Shown here: piece after piece, positions 42,179 through 53,408 of the stretch
Numbering within the stretch: the first letter of the stretch is position 1
Layout of the letters: the number at the start of each line of letters is the position of its first letter
The notes under the pieces: generated by a model
Databases searched by the model: none
What the model was told of the DNA's origin: nothing
Seen by the model: the letters and a program-made list of their open reading frames with translations, nothing else
Translations under genes and position numbers: made by a program
Source of the DNA: Gammaproteobacteria bacterium
GTDB lineage: Bacteria; Pseudomonadota; Gammaproteobacteria; Eutrophobiales; Eutrophobiaceae
Length of the DNA stretch: 64,000 nucleotides
NCBI GenBank assembly: GCA_965221695.1
Contig: OZ244905.1
Location: forward strand, 448,001 to 512,000
Direction: 5' to 3'

Positions 42179-42340
42179 ATGACCAATAAAGACACTGCAA
42201 AAAAGCCAAGCCGTGCCCGGCGCGCTGTCCCGGTTCAGGACAGTAAGAAAAAAGAAAGCCGGGAGGAAGGCGGCCCCCAAGGACTCGAACCCACCCGTTA
42301 CGGAGACTGGGAAAGAAAAGGCCGTTGTATCGATTTCTGA
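42179..42340 (+). CDS. DUF1674/SDHAF4-type succinate dehydrogenase assembly factor (not in ORF track; start may be the TTG at 42170)
   Basis: ...EEGGPQGLEPTRYGDWERKGRCIDF*, the family signature; AGGAGG upstream. Confidence 0.92.
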   Translation: MTNKDTAKKPSRARRAVPVQDSKKKESREEGGPQGLEPTRYGDWERKGRCIDF

Positions 42341-43302
42341 ACATCCCGCCCGCGCCGTCTGCGTTATTTTGCGCGCTATGGTTGCTGCTGGCGTCTCTCC
42401 CTTGCGCCGCCGAAGACCGGACTCTTACGCTGGTAACCTGGAATATTGAACATCTGGCCGCGGCTGACGACCAGGGTTGCCGGCCGCGCAAGACAGACAG
42501 CTACAATGCCATCCGCAGCTATATCAAACAGGCCGGCGCCGACGTGATTGCCTTTCAGGAAGTGCAAAACCTGCGCGCGGCCCAGAGAGTATTTCCCGCA
42601 TCGGACTATGATATCCATATCTCGGAACGCCCCACCGTAGAATTCCCAGAATGCTACGATATAGCCCGGAAGCGGCTGATGCAGCGAACAGGATTTGCGG
42701 TGCGCAAGGATATCAGCGACCGGTTAGGACTTACAACAGTGCGGCAGCCCGATATGCGGGAACTCCGGGGCAGCCTTGACTCCGGCCGCTGGGGCGTGCA
42801 TATCGTGCTGGCGCCGGTTACAGCCGCTGACGGCGCCCCTGAACCGCTGCACCTGCTCTCTGTTCACCTTAAATCAGGCTGCACTTACAAATCCTTGAGC
42901 GGAACCAAGCCAGGGTCGCCATGTCCGCTGCTGCGTGAACAGGTTGAAGTATTGTCCGGCTGGATCAATACCCGCGCCCGCCTGAAACAGGATTTCATCG
43001 TCGCCGGTGATTTCAACCGCCAGCTTGACCAGTTGAGCGACCAGGTGTGGTTGTACCTGGAAGCCGGCGGCCAGACCGGCTCATATGTCGACCTGGAAAA
43101 GGTATTGCACGGCATCAAACACCCGCGGCCGTTCAACCCGAGATACCCGTTTGCGATCGATCACATTATCTACAACCAGGCTCTGGATGGGCTGCTGCTT
43201 GAGCACGAGGCGTTTTTTGATGTCCGTGCAGATGACTATTCGGACCACTTGCCGCTGTTTGCCGTGTTTGATCTTACCCGCGTGGGCGGAACCGAGAATT
43301 GA
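42325..43302 (+). CDS. Exported endonuclease/exonuclease/phosphatase family protein
   Basis: Signal peptide, TWNIEHL, AFQEV, SVHLKSGC, AGDFNR, IDHI, SDH.P. Confidence 0.88.
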   Translation: MYRFLNIPPAPSALFCALWLLLASLPCAAEDRTLTLVTWNIEHLAAADDQGCRPRKTDSYNAIRSYIKQAGADVIAFQEVQNLRAAQRVFPASDYDIHISERPTVEFPECYDIARKRLMQRTGFAVRKDISDRLGLTTVRQPDMRELRGSLDSGRWGVHIVLAPVTAADGAPEPLHLLSVHLKSGCTYKSLSGTKPGSPCPLLREQVEVLSGWINTRARLKQDFIVAGDFNRQLDQLSDQVWLYLEAGGQTGSYVDLEKVLHGIKHPRPFNPRYPFAIDHIIYNQALDGLLLEHEAFFDVRADDYSDHLPLFAVFDLTRVGGTEN

Positions 43303-43353
43303 TGCGTAAGAAAAATATCGTTTCGGTATAATACGTCTTTTTTTGAGTATCCG

Positions 43354-43734
43354 ATGACTGGCCCGCAGACACCACTATCGCCCTTTTTGCAGTACCGACC
43401 ACAACTGACGTCGGTGCTGTCGATTACGCACCGCATCACCGGCGTATTGCTCAGCGCCGGCGCGATACTGCTGAGCGCCTGGCTGGTAGCGATCGCTATG
43501 GGCGCCGGAGCATACGCAGCGGTGAGCGGACATCTCAGCGCCTGGTACGGGCAGGCTATCGTCTTCGGCTTCGTTTTTTCGCTGTATTACCACCTGTGCA
43601 ACGGCATCCGCCACCTGTTCTGGGACCTGGGGCTGGGGCTGGAACTCACCAGCGCCTATCGAAGCGGTTACGCAGTGGTCGCGGCAACACTGGCGCTCAC
43701 GCTGCTTACCTTCTGGGCCGGATACGCACGATGA
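43354..43734 (+). CDS. sdhC: Succinate dehydrogenase cytochrome b556 subunit
   Basis: PLSP, SITHRITG, HLCNGIRHLFWD. Confidence 0.95.
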   Translation: MTGPQTPLSPFLQYRPQLTSVLSITHRITGVLLSAGAILLSAWLVAIAMGAGAYAAVSGHLSAWYGQAIVFGFVFSLYYHLCNGIRHLFWDLGLGLELTSAYRSGYAVVAATLALTLLTFWAGYAR

Positions 43735-44102
43735 TCAAGGGACTGCTGTTCGGCAAAAGCAGCGGCGGCGCGCACAGCGTCCAACGCTGGTGGTACCAGC
43801 GACTGTCCGCCGTTGCCCTGCTTCCTCTCAGCCTGTGGTTCATCTATGACGTTGTGATGCTGGATTCGCTGGACTACACCGTAGTGCGCGCCTGGTTGGC
43901 CTCCCCGACTACCGCCATCCTGTTCATCCTGCTGGCGCCAACCCTGTTCTACCATGCTGTTATCGGTATGGAGGAGATCATCGAGGACTACGTCGCAGAC
44001 GCGCGGCGCAAGACCTTGGTGGTCACACTGGCAAGAGCAGTCGCCGCCCTGTGTGCGCTGGCCTCGATACTGGCCGTGCTAGCGGTTACCCTGGGGATGT
44101 GA
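43731..44102 (+). CDS. sdhD: Succinate dehydrogenase membrane anchor
   Basis: WWYQRLSAVAL, H...G...IIEDYV. Confidence 0.92.
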   Translation: MIKGLLFGKSSGGAHSVQRWWYQRLSAVALLPLSLWFIYDVVMLDSLDYTVVRAWLASPTTAILFILLAPTLFYHAVIGMEEIIEDYVADARRKTLVVTLARAVAALCALASILAVLAVTLGM

Positions 44103-44105
44103 TCG

Positions 44106-45899
44106 ATGGCCCCTGCCTACGAACTCATCCAGCATGAATACGATGTGGTTGTTGTCGGCGCCGGCGGCGCCGGCCTGCGCGCCACCTTCGGCATGGCCGA
44201 AAAAGGACTCAAGACCGCCTGCATCACCAAGGTATTCCCCACCCGCAGCCACACTGTGGCAGCCCAGGGCGGCATGAGCGCGGCGCTCGGCAACATGGGC
44301 GAAGACGACTGGCGCTGGCACATGTACGACACCGTTAAGGGGTCGGACTGGCTTGGAGACCAGGATGCTATTGAATACATGTGCAAGGAGGCCGCCACCG
44401 CGGTGATAGAACTGGAGCATTACGGCGTGCCGTTTTCACGCACCACGGATGGGAAGATCTACCAGCGCCCGTTTGGCGGTATGACCACCAACTTCGGCGA
44501 TGGCATTGCACAGCGCACTTGCGCCGCCGCTGACCGCACCGGCCATGCCATCCTGCATGCCCTGTACCAGCAGTCGCTGAAGCATAACGCCGAGTTTTTC
44601 ATCGAATATTTTGCCATCGACCTGGTGATGGACGAGGAAGGCGTATGCCGAGGCGTGCTCGCCTGGGACCTGGAGCAAGGCGCCCTGCACTGCTTTCGCG
44701 CCCACACTGTGGTGCTGGCTACCGGCGGTTATGGTCGCGCATACTTCTCCTGTACTTCCGCACATACTTGTACCGGGGACGGGAATGCGATGATCCTGCG
44801 CGCAGGGCTGCCGTTGCAAGACATGGAGTTCATCCAGTTCCACCCCACCGGCATTTACGGAGCCGGCGTGTTGATCACCGAAGGAGTACGCGGTGAAGGC
44901 GGTTACCTGACCAATTCCGAGGGCGAGAGATTCATGGAACGTTACGCGCCGAATGCGAAAGACCTGGCATCGCGGGACGTGGTGAGTCGCTCCATGACCA
45001 TAGAGATCAGAGAAGGCCGTGGTATCGGCCCGGAACGGGATCACCTGCACTTGCACCTGGAACACCTGGGAACGGATGTGATCAACGAACGCCTGCCGGG
45101 CATTGCCGAGTCGGCCCGCATTTTCGCCGGCGTGGATGTGGGCAGGGCGCCCATCCCCGTGCTCCCGACGGTACATTACAACATGGGTGGTGTCCCGACA
45201 AATTACCACGGGCAGATGGTTACGCTGCGTGATGGCGACCCGGAAACTATCGTTCCCGGTCTCATGGCCATCGGCGAAGCGGCCTGCGTATCGGTTCACG
45301 GCGCCAACCGGCTGGGATCGAACAGCCTGCTGGACCTCATCGTATTCGGCCGCGCCGCGGCCCTGTGCGCCGCCAGGGACATCAAACCGGGCGCCCCGCA
45401 CAAAGCGCTGGGCGCGGCGGCCACCGAACCTGCGCTGGCGCGCTTCGACCGCCTGCGTCACGCAACAGGCGACCTGCGTACCGCTGAGATCCGCAACAGC
45501 ATGCAGCGCACGATGCAGACCAATGCGGCCGTCTTCCGCAGCGGAAAAGTGCTGGCTGAAGGCGTCACGAAAATGGATGCCATCTACCGCTCGTTTGATC
45601 AGGTAAGCGCCACAGATCGGTCACTGGTATGGAATACCGACCTGGTTGAGACCCTGGAACTGGAGAACCTGTTGCAGTGCGCGCAGGCCAGCATCCGCTC
45701 TGCGGCAAACCGCACCGAGAGCCGCGGCGCCCACGCCCGTGAGGATTACCCGGAACGGGATGACGAGAACTGGATGAAGCATACCTTGTGCTGGCTGGAC
45801 CCCGCCACCGGCGAGGTAAGCTTCGACTACCGGCCGGTACACCTTCATACGCTGACGGACGAGGTGGAGGCGATCCCCCCGAAAAAACGGGTATATTGA
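44106..45899 (+). CDS. sdhA: Succinate dehydrogenase flavoprotein
   Basis: [36 protein letters not shown]. Confidence 0.99.
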   Translation: MAPAYELIQHEYDVVVVGAGGAGLRATFGMAEKGLKTACITKVFPTRSHTVAAQGGMSAALGNMGEDDWRWHMYDTVKGSDWLGDQDAIEYMCKEAATAVIELEHYGVPFSRTTDGKIYQRPFGGMTTNFGDGIAQRTCAAADRTGHAILHALYQQSLKHNAEFFIEYFAIDLVMDEEGVCRGVLAWDLEQGALHCFRAHTVVLATGGYGRAYFSCTSAHTCTGDGNAMILRAGLPLQDMEFIQFHPTGIYGAGVLITEGVRGEGGYLTNSEGERFMERYAPNAKDLASRDVVSRSMTIEIREGRGIGPERDHLHLHLEHLGTDVINERLPGIAESARIFAGVDVGRAPIPVLPTVHYNMGGVPTNYHGQMVTLRDGDPETIVPGLMAIGEAACVSVHGANRLGSNSLLDLIVFGRAAALCAARDIKPGAPHKALGAAATEPALARFDRLRHATGDLRTAEIRNSMQRTMQTNAAVFRSGKVLAEGVTKMDAIYRSFDQVSATDRSLVWNTDLVETLELENLLQCAQASIRSAANRTESRGAHAREDYPERDDENWMKHTLCWLDPATGEVSFDYRPVHLHTLTDEVEAIPPKKRVY

Positions 45900-45904
45900 T
45901 GTTG

Positions 45905-45934
45905 GGAACCTCTGAGATTAAGTCAGAGCTTGCC
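45905..45934. mobile_element. Minimal hairpin element of about 30 bp (MITE family)
   Basis: GGAACCTCTGAGATTAAGTCAGAGCTTGCC between sdhA and sdhB. Confidence 0.7.
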
Positions 45935-45974
45935 TTATACTATAATCCCACTGAGGGCACAGACCACTCTGCGC

Positions 45975-46003
45975 ACTCTGTGGCCTCTGTGGCCTCTGTG
46001 GCC
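45975..46003 (+). repeat. 9-bp tandem repeat (CTCTGTGGC)x3
   Basis: ctctgtggc ctctgtggc ctctgtggc, preceded by a degenerate complementary arm (cactgagggcacag). Confidence 0.7.
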
Positions 46004-46021
46004 AAAATCAAGAGATAAACC

Positions 46022-46807
46022 ATGGCACAGCTTACACTACCAAAAAACTCGAAAGTGAAGCCGGGAAATTCGTTTCCGTTAAACGGCAGAACAGCGCGAA
46101 AAAAGACCTTGCAGGTCTATCGCTGGGACCCGGACGCCGGTGGAAATCCCAGGATGGACAGCTACGAGATCGACCTGGACAAGTGCGGCCCGATGGTCCT
46201 GGACGCGCTGATCCACATCAAGAACGATATCGATTCGACCCTCACCTTCCGGCGTTCCTGCCGTGAGGGTATCTGTGGTTCCTGCTCAATGAACATCGAC
46301 GGCGCCAATACACTGGCCTGCACGAAAGCCATCGGCGACATCAAAAAGGACATCAAGATCTACCCGCTGCCCCATACACCGGTCGTCAAGGACCTCGTCC
46401 CCGATCTGAACCAATTTTACGCCCAGTACGCGAGTATCAAGCCCTGGATGCGGACCGATACGCCTGCCCCGGAACAGGGTGAGCGCCTGCAAACCAAGCA
46501 GGATCGGGAAAAACTGGACGGCCTGTACGAGTGCATCCTGTGCGCTTGCTGCTCCACTTCCTGCCCCAGTTACTGGTGGAACAGCGACCGTTACCTGGGA
46601 CCGGCCACCTTGTTGCAGGCCTATCGCTGGATTATCGACAGCCGGGACGGGAACACCGATGAGCGGCTGGCGCAACTGCAAGACCCGTTCAGCATGTACC
46701 GCTGCCACACGATCATGAATTGCACCAACACCTGCCCGAAAGGGCTGAACCCCGCCAAAGCCATCGCCGAAATCAAGAAGCTGCTGGCGACAAAAATGCT
46801 GAAATGA
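46022..46807 (+). CDS. sdhB: Succinate dehydrogenase iron-sulfur subunit
   Basis: [34 protein letters not shown]. Confidence 0.99.
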   Translation: MAQLTLPKNSKVKPGNSFPLNGRTARKKTLQVYRWDPDAGGNPRMDSYEIDLDKCGPMVLDALIHIKNDIDSTLTFRRSCREGICGSCSMNIDGANTLACTKAIGDIKKDIKIYPLPHTPVVKDLVPDLNQFYAQYASIKPWMRTDTPAPEQGERLQTKQDREKLDGLYECILCACCSTSCPSYWWNSDRYLGPATLLQAYRWIIDSRDGNTDERLAQLQDPFSMYRCHTIMNCTNTCPKGLNPAKAIAEIKKLLATKMLK

Positions 46808-47133
46808 CCCTGGCGTCCTCCAGCATCGCTCAGCTACGCTGGCGCTGCCGCCGCGGTACCCGTGAGATGGACCTGTTGCTGCTGCGTTTCCTGGAACAGG
46901 ATTACCCTCACCTTGACGCCAGGGAACAGTCCCTGTTCGGCGCGCTGCTGGATGAAACCGACCCCGACCTGTACGCCTGGATCACCGGGCAATCCGAACC
47001 GGCCAAACCCGACTACCTGCCCATTATCGCTAAAATCAATGACTGTTCACGCAGCGCCACTTCAAGCGTCATAGTGGATGGGAAGCGTTCACTATCCAGT
47101 GAAAGAAACGTCATGAAAAGTCATGACCACTGA
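46804..47133 (+). CDS. sdhE: FAD assembly factor SdhE
   Basis: [16 protein letters not shown] (RGxxE); ATGA overlap with sdhB. Confidence 0.92.
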   Translation: MTLASSSIAQLRWRCRRGTREMDLLLLRFLEQDYPHLDAREQSLFGALLDETDPDLYAWITGQSEPAKPDYLPIIAKINDCSRSATSSVIVDGKRSLSSERNVMKSHDH

Positions 47134-47866
47134 CTTAGCCGTTTTTCTCTCGCCAATCAGCATACAAGGCGCGGACGCGGCCGAATTCCTGCACGGGCAA
47201 TTCACCACCGATGTCACCAGTCTTGCCTCCGGTAGCGCCAGCCTCAGCGCCTGGTGCGATCCCAAAGGCCGAGTGATCGCCACGTTTATCCTGGCGCAGC
47301 AGAATAAGAATTTCCTGCTGCTGGTACCGGGCGATATCACAGAGATATTCATCAAACGTCTGAAAATGTTCGTGTTGCGCGCCGATGTGGTTATTGATGA
47401 GCCAGCACAGGAAGATATTGCGCAATGGCTACCTCTGCCCGGGATAGAAGGCGATGATCCGGAGGCAGCGCTGATCAGCCAGGGCATACCCCTGCTCCAC
47501 CCCGACACCAGTGGCCGCTTCCTGCCCCAGGAACTGAACCTGGACAAGCTGGACGCGATATCATTCACCAAGGGCTGTTACCCCGGCCAGGAGATCATCG
47601 CCAGGATGCGCTACCGCGGCGCAGTCAAACGGCGCCTGTGCCATGCAATAACGGACAACAGCGCCCTTCTGGCGCCCGGCGCTGGACTACTACCGGAGGG
47701 GGAAGAACGAAATATCGGCACAGTGATAAACTCTGTATTCACCGACAAAGGACAGGAATTGCTGATCGTCCTGGAACTGCCGTTTATCGAGGCCGGACAG
47801 GTGGTCGCGGAAGGCTGTCCGAACAGGGCTGTCGGGTTCATAAAAGAAATTATCGGGATAGAGTAA
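47123..47866 (+). CDS. ygfZ: YgfZ/GcvT-family folate-binding protein
   Basis: G.DA..FLHGQ.T.D and KGCYPGQE signature. Confidence 0.92.
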   Translation: MTTDLAVFLSPISIQGADAAEFLHGQFTTDVTSLASGSASLSAWCDPKGRVIATFILAQQNKNFLLLVPGDITEIFIKRLKMFVLRADVVIDEPAQEDIAQWLPLPGIEGDDPEAALISQGIPLLHPDTSGRFLPQELNLDKLDAISFTKGCYPGQEIIARMRYRGAVKRRLCHAITDNSALLAPGAGLLPEGEERNIGTVINSVFTDKGQELLIVLELPFIEAGQVVAEGCPNRAVGFIKEIIGIE

Positions 47867-47986
47867 GCTGCTTCAAAATAGCCGAAGTAATATCAACACA
47901 GGGGCAAATCCGCTTATTAATTTATTGCGATAATCTTAATCTCCCGGATGACACCCGATACCTTCACTGATAATATCGGCGACATC

Positions 47987-49330
47987 ATGTCATAACCGGC
48001 TACCAGTTGTTTCCACAGCTATATTTCTACGCTGATCCTGCGCAATGAAGTACATATCGTCGAGCGGGAGGTCGATCCCATGTTTGAACTGGCAGCCGTA
48101 GTCAGCGCTTCCCAGAAAACCAGTGACAAACCTGTTCTGTTTCGGAATGTGAAGGACACATTGTTTCCGGTCATTGCCAATGTCTATGGCAGCTTCCCAC
48201 GTATGGCGGAGATGGTGAGGGCCGGCGATAAGGGTTTGCACCCGCGGTGGAAGGAAATCTTTGAAACTCTACCGCTCCACTCGATTGACTATGTCAACGA
48301 AATCGCTGCCCCTGATGAGCTTCAGGACGGCGCTCTTGAGGAATTGCCCCATATCACCTGGCGAGAAAAGGACGCGGGCCCGTATATCACCGCCGGTGTT
48401 TTCCTGGCCAACGATCCTGAAACCGGTATACCCAACCTGTCCTTTGCCCGTTGCATGATGCTGGGTGATAACAGCAGGATGCATTGCTGTATTGATGCCC
48501 CTCATGATCTCGCGAAATACCAGGCGAAGGCGGAGGCGAAAAATGAAGAGCTGGAAGTGTTGATACTCATCGGCGCGCCGCCACCGATCTTTCTGGCCGC
48601 CGTGGCCTCCCTGCCTATAGAACAGGATGAATTGCAGCTCGCTGCGCACATCGCTGGCGGATCACTTGATATGTATTGTTGTAAGAACCTGGATCTGCTG
48701 GTACCTGCCGGTACAGAGATAGTGATTGAGGCTACCATCCGGCCGAATGAACGCTCCGAGGATGGCCCCTTTGGCGAGTTTCTGGGTTACTACTGTGATC
48801 TCAATACCGGCGCCTACGTACTCGATATAAAAAATGTGCGTTGGCGTAAAAATGCCTATTACCACGGCCTCCTCTGTGGCGCCCGTGAAGACCTCACTGC
48901 CCTGGCCGTATCCTGGGCGAACCGAATTTATCGACAACTGGTGGATGATTTTCCTTCCGTGCTAGATGTGACCATCAACCCTACGCTCTACGCCAGTATT
49001 GTGAAAATAGACAAGCGCTCAAATGAAGAACCATTGGCGATCATCAATACGGTATTCAGGCTCAATCCCCTGTATAACCGCATGTGCATCGTCGTTGACA
49101 AAGACATTGATATACATGACCTCGATTCTGTGTGGTGGTCCTTTCTAACCCGGGGCAATCTGGATACGCGTACCCATGTTTTATCCGATCTTCCCGGTGT
49201 TGAATACGCTAATTATGAATTTAGCGGCTATCTCGGTATCGATGCCACCAAGGCTCCCGGCAAGACGTTGAATCGTTCAATCACGCCTGACGAAGAACTC
49301 ATTGATCTCGACAACTATTTTTGTAATTGA
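47987..49330 (+). CDS. UbiD-family (prFMN) decarboxylase with TAA at codon 3; possible pseudogene or downstream start at 48080
   Basis: VEREVDP.FELAAV, DAGPYITAG, EDGPFGEFLGYY, IVVDKDIDI, GIDATK. Confidence 0.85.
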
Positions 49331-49473
49331 GTTCAAAAGCCCGGACGTCTTCTGGTGGACAGGCAGAAATAAAGAGTTTGCCTGTGTTTCGTAAGCAAGG
49401 CGATGAATGGCATTCTGATGCGGACAGGAAAGCATTGTCAACTCATAGGACTTTTTTGTGAGGTGACTCTTTT

Positions 49474-51531
49474 ATGCAAACAACAGACATAAAAAGAAAT
49501 CGAATAGCCATTGATGTAGGTGGGACCTTTGTGGATTTCGTCCTACTGGACGAGGCTAGTGGCGAAATTACACTGGAGAAACAGCCTTCAACTCCCGAAC
49601 GCATTGTGGAAGAGGTGGGAACTGGACTTTCACGTCTGCCAGTTAACTTAGCGGATGTGAACAGCATATTCCATGGGACTACCGTGGCCCTTAATACCAT
49701 AGTTCAGGAAAAAGGTGTGTCAGTTGGCCTGATGACGACAGTCGGTTTCCGTGACGTGCTCGAGATAGGACGTGGTTCAAGACCGGAAATATACAACCCC
49801 AGATATACTGCCCCCCGATGTCTAGTACCCCGTTACCTGCGTTGTGAGATTCCCGGCCGTCTCAACGCGAACGGTGAGGAAATCCAGACGCTGGATCTTG
49901 AGGAGGTGGATAGAGTAAGTGATAGACTCATCGGCGAAGGCTGTGAGGCTATTGCGATCTGCTTCTTGCACAGCTACGCCAACCACGAGCATGAACGCCT
50001 TGCCGCCGAGCGTGTCAGACAAAGGCATCCATCTATCGCCGTAGCCGTGTCTCACGAGCTCATTGGAGAGTGGCGGGAATTCGAACGTAGCTCTACGACC
50101 GTTTTGAACGCTTACGTTCAACCCCAGTTCCAGAATTACATTGCCAACCTGAGCGAACGGCTACAATCAGACGGTTATGCCTCTCCACTGGCAATGATGC
50201 AGTCCAACGGTGGTGTAGTTGCCGCCGATCGCGCCGCGACACGCCCGGTCATGACACTAGAGTCGGGACCGGCTGGTGGCGTAATCGGCGCTGAAGCCCT
50301 CGCCAGGGAAATAGGGGAATTGAACCTGATTTGTTTCGATGTTGGTGGCACCACGGTGGACGTTGCCCTTATAAATGATGGTGAAATCATCGAGCGTTCA
50401 CAAAGCAAAGTGGCTGGACGTCCAATCATGGGTCCCACTATCGATATTTCTTCAGTCGGCGCTGGTGGCGGTTCCATTGCCTGGATTGATCATCGCGGCG
50501 CCTTGCGTGTTGGCCCCCAAAGCGCAGGCGCGTCTCCCGGGCCAGCTTGTTTCGGATATGGCGGGACCGATCTCACCGTAACTGACTGCCATCTTTTGTT
50601 GGGACGTCTTGATGCAAAGACCTTTCTGGGTTCACGCATGAAGCTTGACACACAAGCAGCAGAACAGGTGGCTGAGACGATAGCTGACAAACTAAGTCTA
50701 TCCGTTGAAGAAACAGCTAGTGGCGTGTTGAAAATTGCTGGCGCAAATATGACCAATGCCATTCGTTCCATTACTATAGAACGAGGACTGGACCCTAGAG
50801 ATTACTCCCTCCTCTCATACGGCGGTGGCGGTGGATTGTTTGCGGCCGCCGTCTGCGAGGAACTGGAAGTCAAATCGGTAATTGTGCCTCGCGCGCCAGC
50901 TAATTTTTCCGCATGGGGTATTGTCACATCCGATTACCGTGAAGACAGTTCTCATACGCTGGTGAGACCTTTTATCGAAGAAAGCCTGGACGAAGTAATG
51001 CGCATCTTCAGTAAGCTTGAGAAGGACAACCTTGAACGTCTTGGTAAACTCGGCTTTGCGGCTGACGCTGTACAGACAGATATCCGTGCCGATCTGCGTT
51101 ACGCTGGACAGGAATTCACGGTAACTGTGCATGTTGAGCAAGACTGGATCGTTGATCGTGGGAAACTACTGATCGGCGCCCGAGAGCGATTCGTTACATT
51201 GCATCGTCGCCTCTACGGCCATGGCGAAGCCGAAGCGCCCTTGGAAGTGGTAACCCTGAGAGTAAGGTCTATCGGTGAGGTCGCCCGCCCGAGTTGGCTG
51301 GAGTGGCATACCGGAGAAGACGCACTCGCTAACAGCAGCCGCGAGACTTACTTTGACGTGACGGGTAAGGCCAGTACCTTGCCGGTCTACAAACGCGACG
51401 ACCTGGTACGAGATCAGCAGATTACAGGTCCCGCCATTGTCGAAGAATGGACCACGACAACTGTAGTGCCACCTGACTGGGACCTATTGGTGGACAGGAT
51501 CGGTAATCTGGTACTCACCCAATCTTCCTAA
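49474..51531 (+). CDS. Hydantoinase A/oxoprolinase-family ATP-binding subunit
   Basis: IDVGGTFVD, HGTTVALN, ESGPAGG, SVGAGGGSIAW, GPQSAGASPGPAC. Confidence 0.93.
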   Translation: MQTTDIKRNRIAIDVGGTFVDFVLLDEASGEITLEKQPSTPERIVEEVGTGLSRLPVNLADVNSIFHGTTVALNTIVQEKGVSVGLMTTVGFRDVLEIGRGSRPEIYNPRYTAPRCLVPRYLRCEIPGRLNANGEEIQTLDLEEVDRVSDRLIGEGCEAIAICFLHSYANHEHERLAAERVRQRHPSIAVAVSHELIGEWREFERSSTTVLNAYVQPQFQNYIANLSERLQSDGYASPLAMMQSNGGVVAADRAATRPVMTLESGPAGGVIGAEALAREIGELNLICFDVGGTTVDVALINDGEIIERSQSKVAGRPIMGPTIDISSVGAGGGSIAWIDHRGALRVGPQSAGASPGPACFGYGGTDLTVTDCHLLLGRLDAKTFLGSRMKLDTQAAEQVAETIADKLSLSVEETASGVLKIAGANMTNAIRSITIERGLDPRDYSLLSYGGGGGLFAAAVCEELEVKSVIVPRAPANFSAWGIVTSDYREDSSHTLVRPFIEESLDEVMRIFSKLEKDNLERLGKLGFAADAVQTDIRADLRYAGQEFTVTVHVEQDWIVDRGKLLIGARERFVTLHRRLYGHGEAEAPLEVVTLRVRSIGEVARPSWLEWHTGEDALANSSRETYFDVTGKASTLPVYKRDDLVRDQQITGPAIVEEWTTTTVVPPDWDLLVDRIGNLVLTQSS

Positions 51532-51540
51532 CAGGAGATA

Positions 51541-53286
51541 ATGACAATGTCCAAACCCGATATCATCACGGCTGAAGTCATCAGGAATGGTGTTATTGCC
51601 GCTGCCTTGGAAATGGGCACAACGCTGATACGCACCGCTTACAACCCTCTGTTATATGATGTGCAGGATTACGGCCTCGCCATTGTATCGCCGAACTGCG
51701 AAACTTGGGCCGAAGCCCCCGGCATGACGGTGTTTGTCGGCGCCTTGCCCCACACGGTTAGTTCAGGCATTGCCAAGCACGGTAAGGATGGTTTCGAGGA
51801 CGGTGATATTATCATTGCCAATGATCCCTATACTACCGGCAACCATATTTCTGATGTATCGATTTATATGCCGGTCTTTTATGAAGGCAAGCTGTTGGCC
51901 TTTACGGCCTCGGTGGCTCACTGGGCCGATGTCGCCGGAAAGACACCAGGAGGCTGGTGTCCGGATTCCATTGATGTCTACCAAGAAGGGATATGTTTTG
52001 CCCATGAAAAGGTAGTCGAAGCGGGGAATCAGGTCAAAGGCTTATGGGGTATTATCAAAAGCAATACTCGCTATCCCGATATCGTTATAGGCGATATGCA
52101 GGCACAGATCGCATCCTGCCGGCAGGGATCGGAGCGTCTGCAGCATTTGTGCCGAAAGTACGGTTTCGATACTGTGCGGGATGCCATGAAGCTGGCTATA
52201 GCGAGCGCCGACAAGGACACGCGAAGACATATTCGTGATATACCCAATGGTATTTACGAAGCCAGGCAGATGATGGATCATGATGGTGTTGTCGTTAACG
52301 AACCCTTTCCCATTGCTATACAGGTAAGGGTGGAAGATGAAGATATCTTTGTTTCATTTGAAGGAACCAGCATGGCCAGATCCGGGCCCGTCAATGCCCC
52401 CGAGTATTCTGTGCGTAGCGTAGTGCGAGCGGCTATCAAAGGTATCATTTCTCCTACCGAACCTTCTAATGAGGGTGACTTCCTTGCTATTCATTTTGAT
52501 ATCCCCTCCGGACTGGTAATTAGTCCTGAGCGACCTTCACCGGTTGACTCATATGGTTATGTCTGCAATGTATGTTATGAGCTGACCGTGCGGGCTCTGG
52601 CTAAGGCAATACCTGACCGGTGTGTAGCTAGCGGCGCTACGCTGTGCATGCCTACTATCTCCAGGGTGAACCCTCGGGATGGACGACCGTTTATCCTCAG
52701 TGATCCCTTTGATGTCGGAAACGGCGCCCGCCCCAATGCCGACGGCCCCACCATGGCCATCAATGTGATGGGCGATGTGCCCAATTCGCCGGTGGAAGTA
52801 GTGGAGTTGCGCTACCCACTGCGTGTCGAACGTTTCGGACTACGTACAGAATCATCGGGTCACGGCCGATACAGGGGTGGGGCAGGAACCTATCGGGATT
52901 ACCGCGTACTGGAAGAAGGTATCAACCTGTTTACCGCCCATGAAAACACCCGTGAGACCATTGCCAAAGGCGCCGATGACGGTACCGATGGTGGCCCCGC
53001 CCAGGTGGTTATCAACCCGGACAGTGAGCGGGAAGAGAACATGGCTGATCGCGGCGCCTACCCGGGAGGCTTGCATGCAGGTGACGTGATCAGCATGCGA
53101 AGTGGCGGCGGTGGTGGCTGGGGCGACCCTGCCAGCCGTGATCCGGAGCAGGTTGTTGCCGATATCAGGGACGAACGCATATCTGAGAAGCAGGCTCGGG
53201 ACATATATAAAGTCGCTGTGGTTAGAAGTGGCAATTCCCTGATGCTTGATGAGCAACAAACCGGAAAATTGAGAGCAAGTAGCTAG
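51541..53286 (+). CDS. Hydantoinase B/oxoprolinase-family subunit
   Basis: RTAYN, NDPY..GNHISD, H.ADVAG..PG, N.PVEV.E.RYP, SGGGGGWGDP. Confidence 0.93.
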   Translation: MTMSKPDIITAEVIRNGVIAAALEMGTTLIRTAYNPLLYDVQDYGLAIVSPNCETWAEAPGMTVFVGALPHTVSSGIAKHGKDGFEDGDIIIANDPYTTGNHISDVSIYMPVFYEGKLLAFTASVAHWADVAGKTPGGWCPDSIDVYQEGICFAHEKVVEAGNQVKGLWGIIKSNTRYPDIVIGDMQAQIASCRQGSERLQHLCRKYGFDTVRDAMKLAIASADKDTRRHIRDIPNGIYEARQMMDHDGVVVNEPFPIAIQVRVEDEDIFVSFEGTSMARSGPVNAPEYSVRSVVRAAIKGIISPTEPSNEGDFLAIHFDIPSGLVISPERPSPVDSYGYVCNVCYELTVRALAKAIPDRCVASGATLCMPTISRVNPRDGRPFILSDPFDVGNGARPNADGPTMAINVMGDVPNSPVEVVELRYPLRVERFGLRTESSGHGRYRGGAGTYRDYRVLEEGINLFTAHENTRETIAKGADDGTDGGPAQVVINPDSEREENMADRGAYPGGLHAGDVISMRSGGGGGWGDPASRDPEQVVADIRDERISEKQARDIYKVAVVRSGNSLMLDEQQTGKLRASS

Positions 53287-53408
53287 CGCTCTTTTTCACT
53301 TGTCGCGGTCCTGGTATTGAACTTTTCTTTGGTTATGCATTATTCTTTTTTCTGTAGGAGTGGGCTGAATTTATGTATTTTCAGAATTTTTGACATATGC
53401 ATTGGAGG

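Noticed and set aside
47993-47995. Programmed stop recoding (Sec/Pyl) in ubiD
   Set aside because: The codon is TAA, at a non-catalytic position, with no SECIS-like hairpin evident
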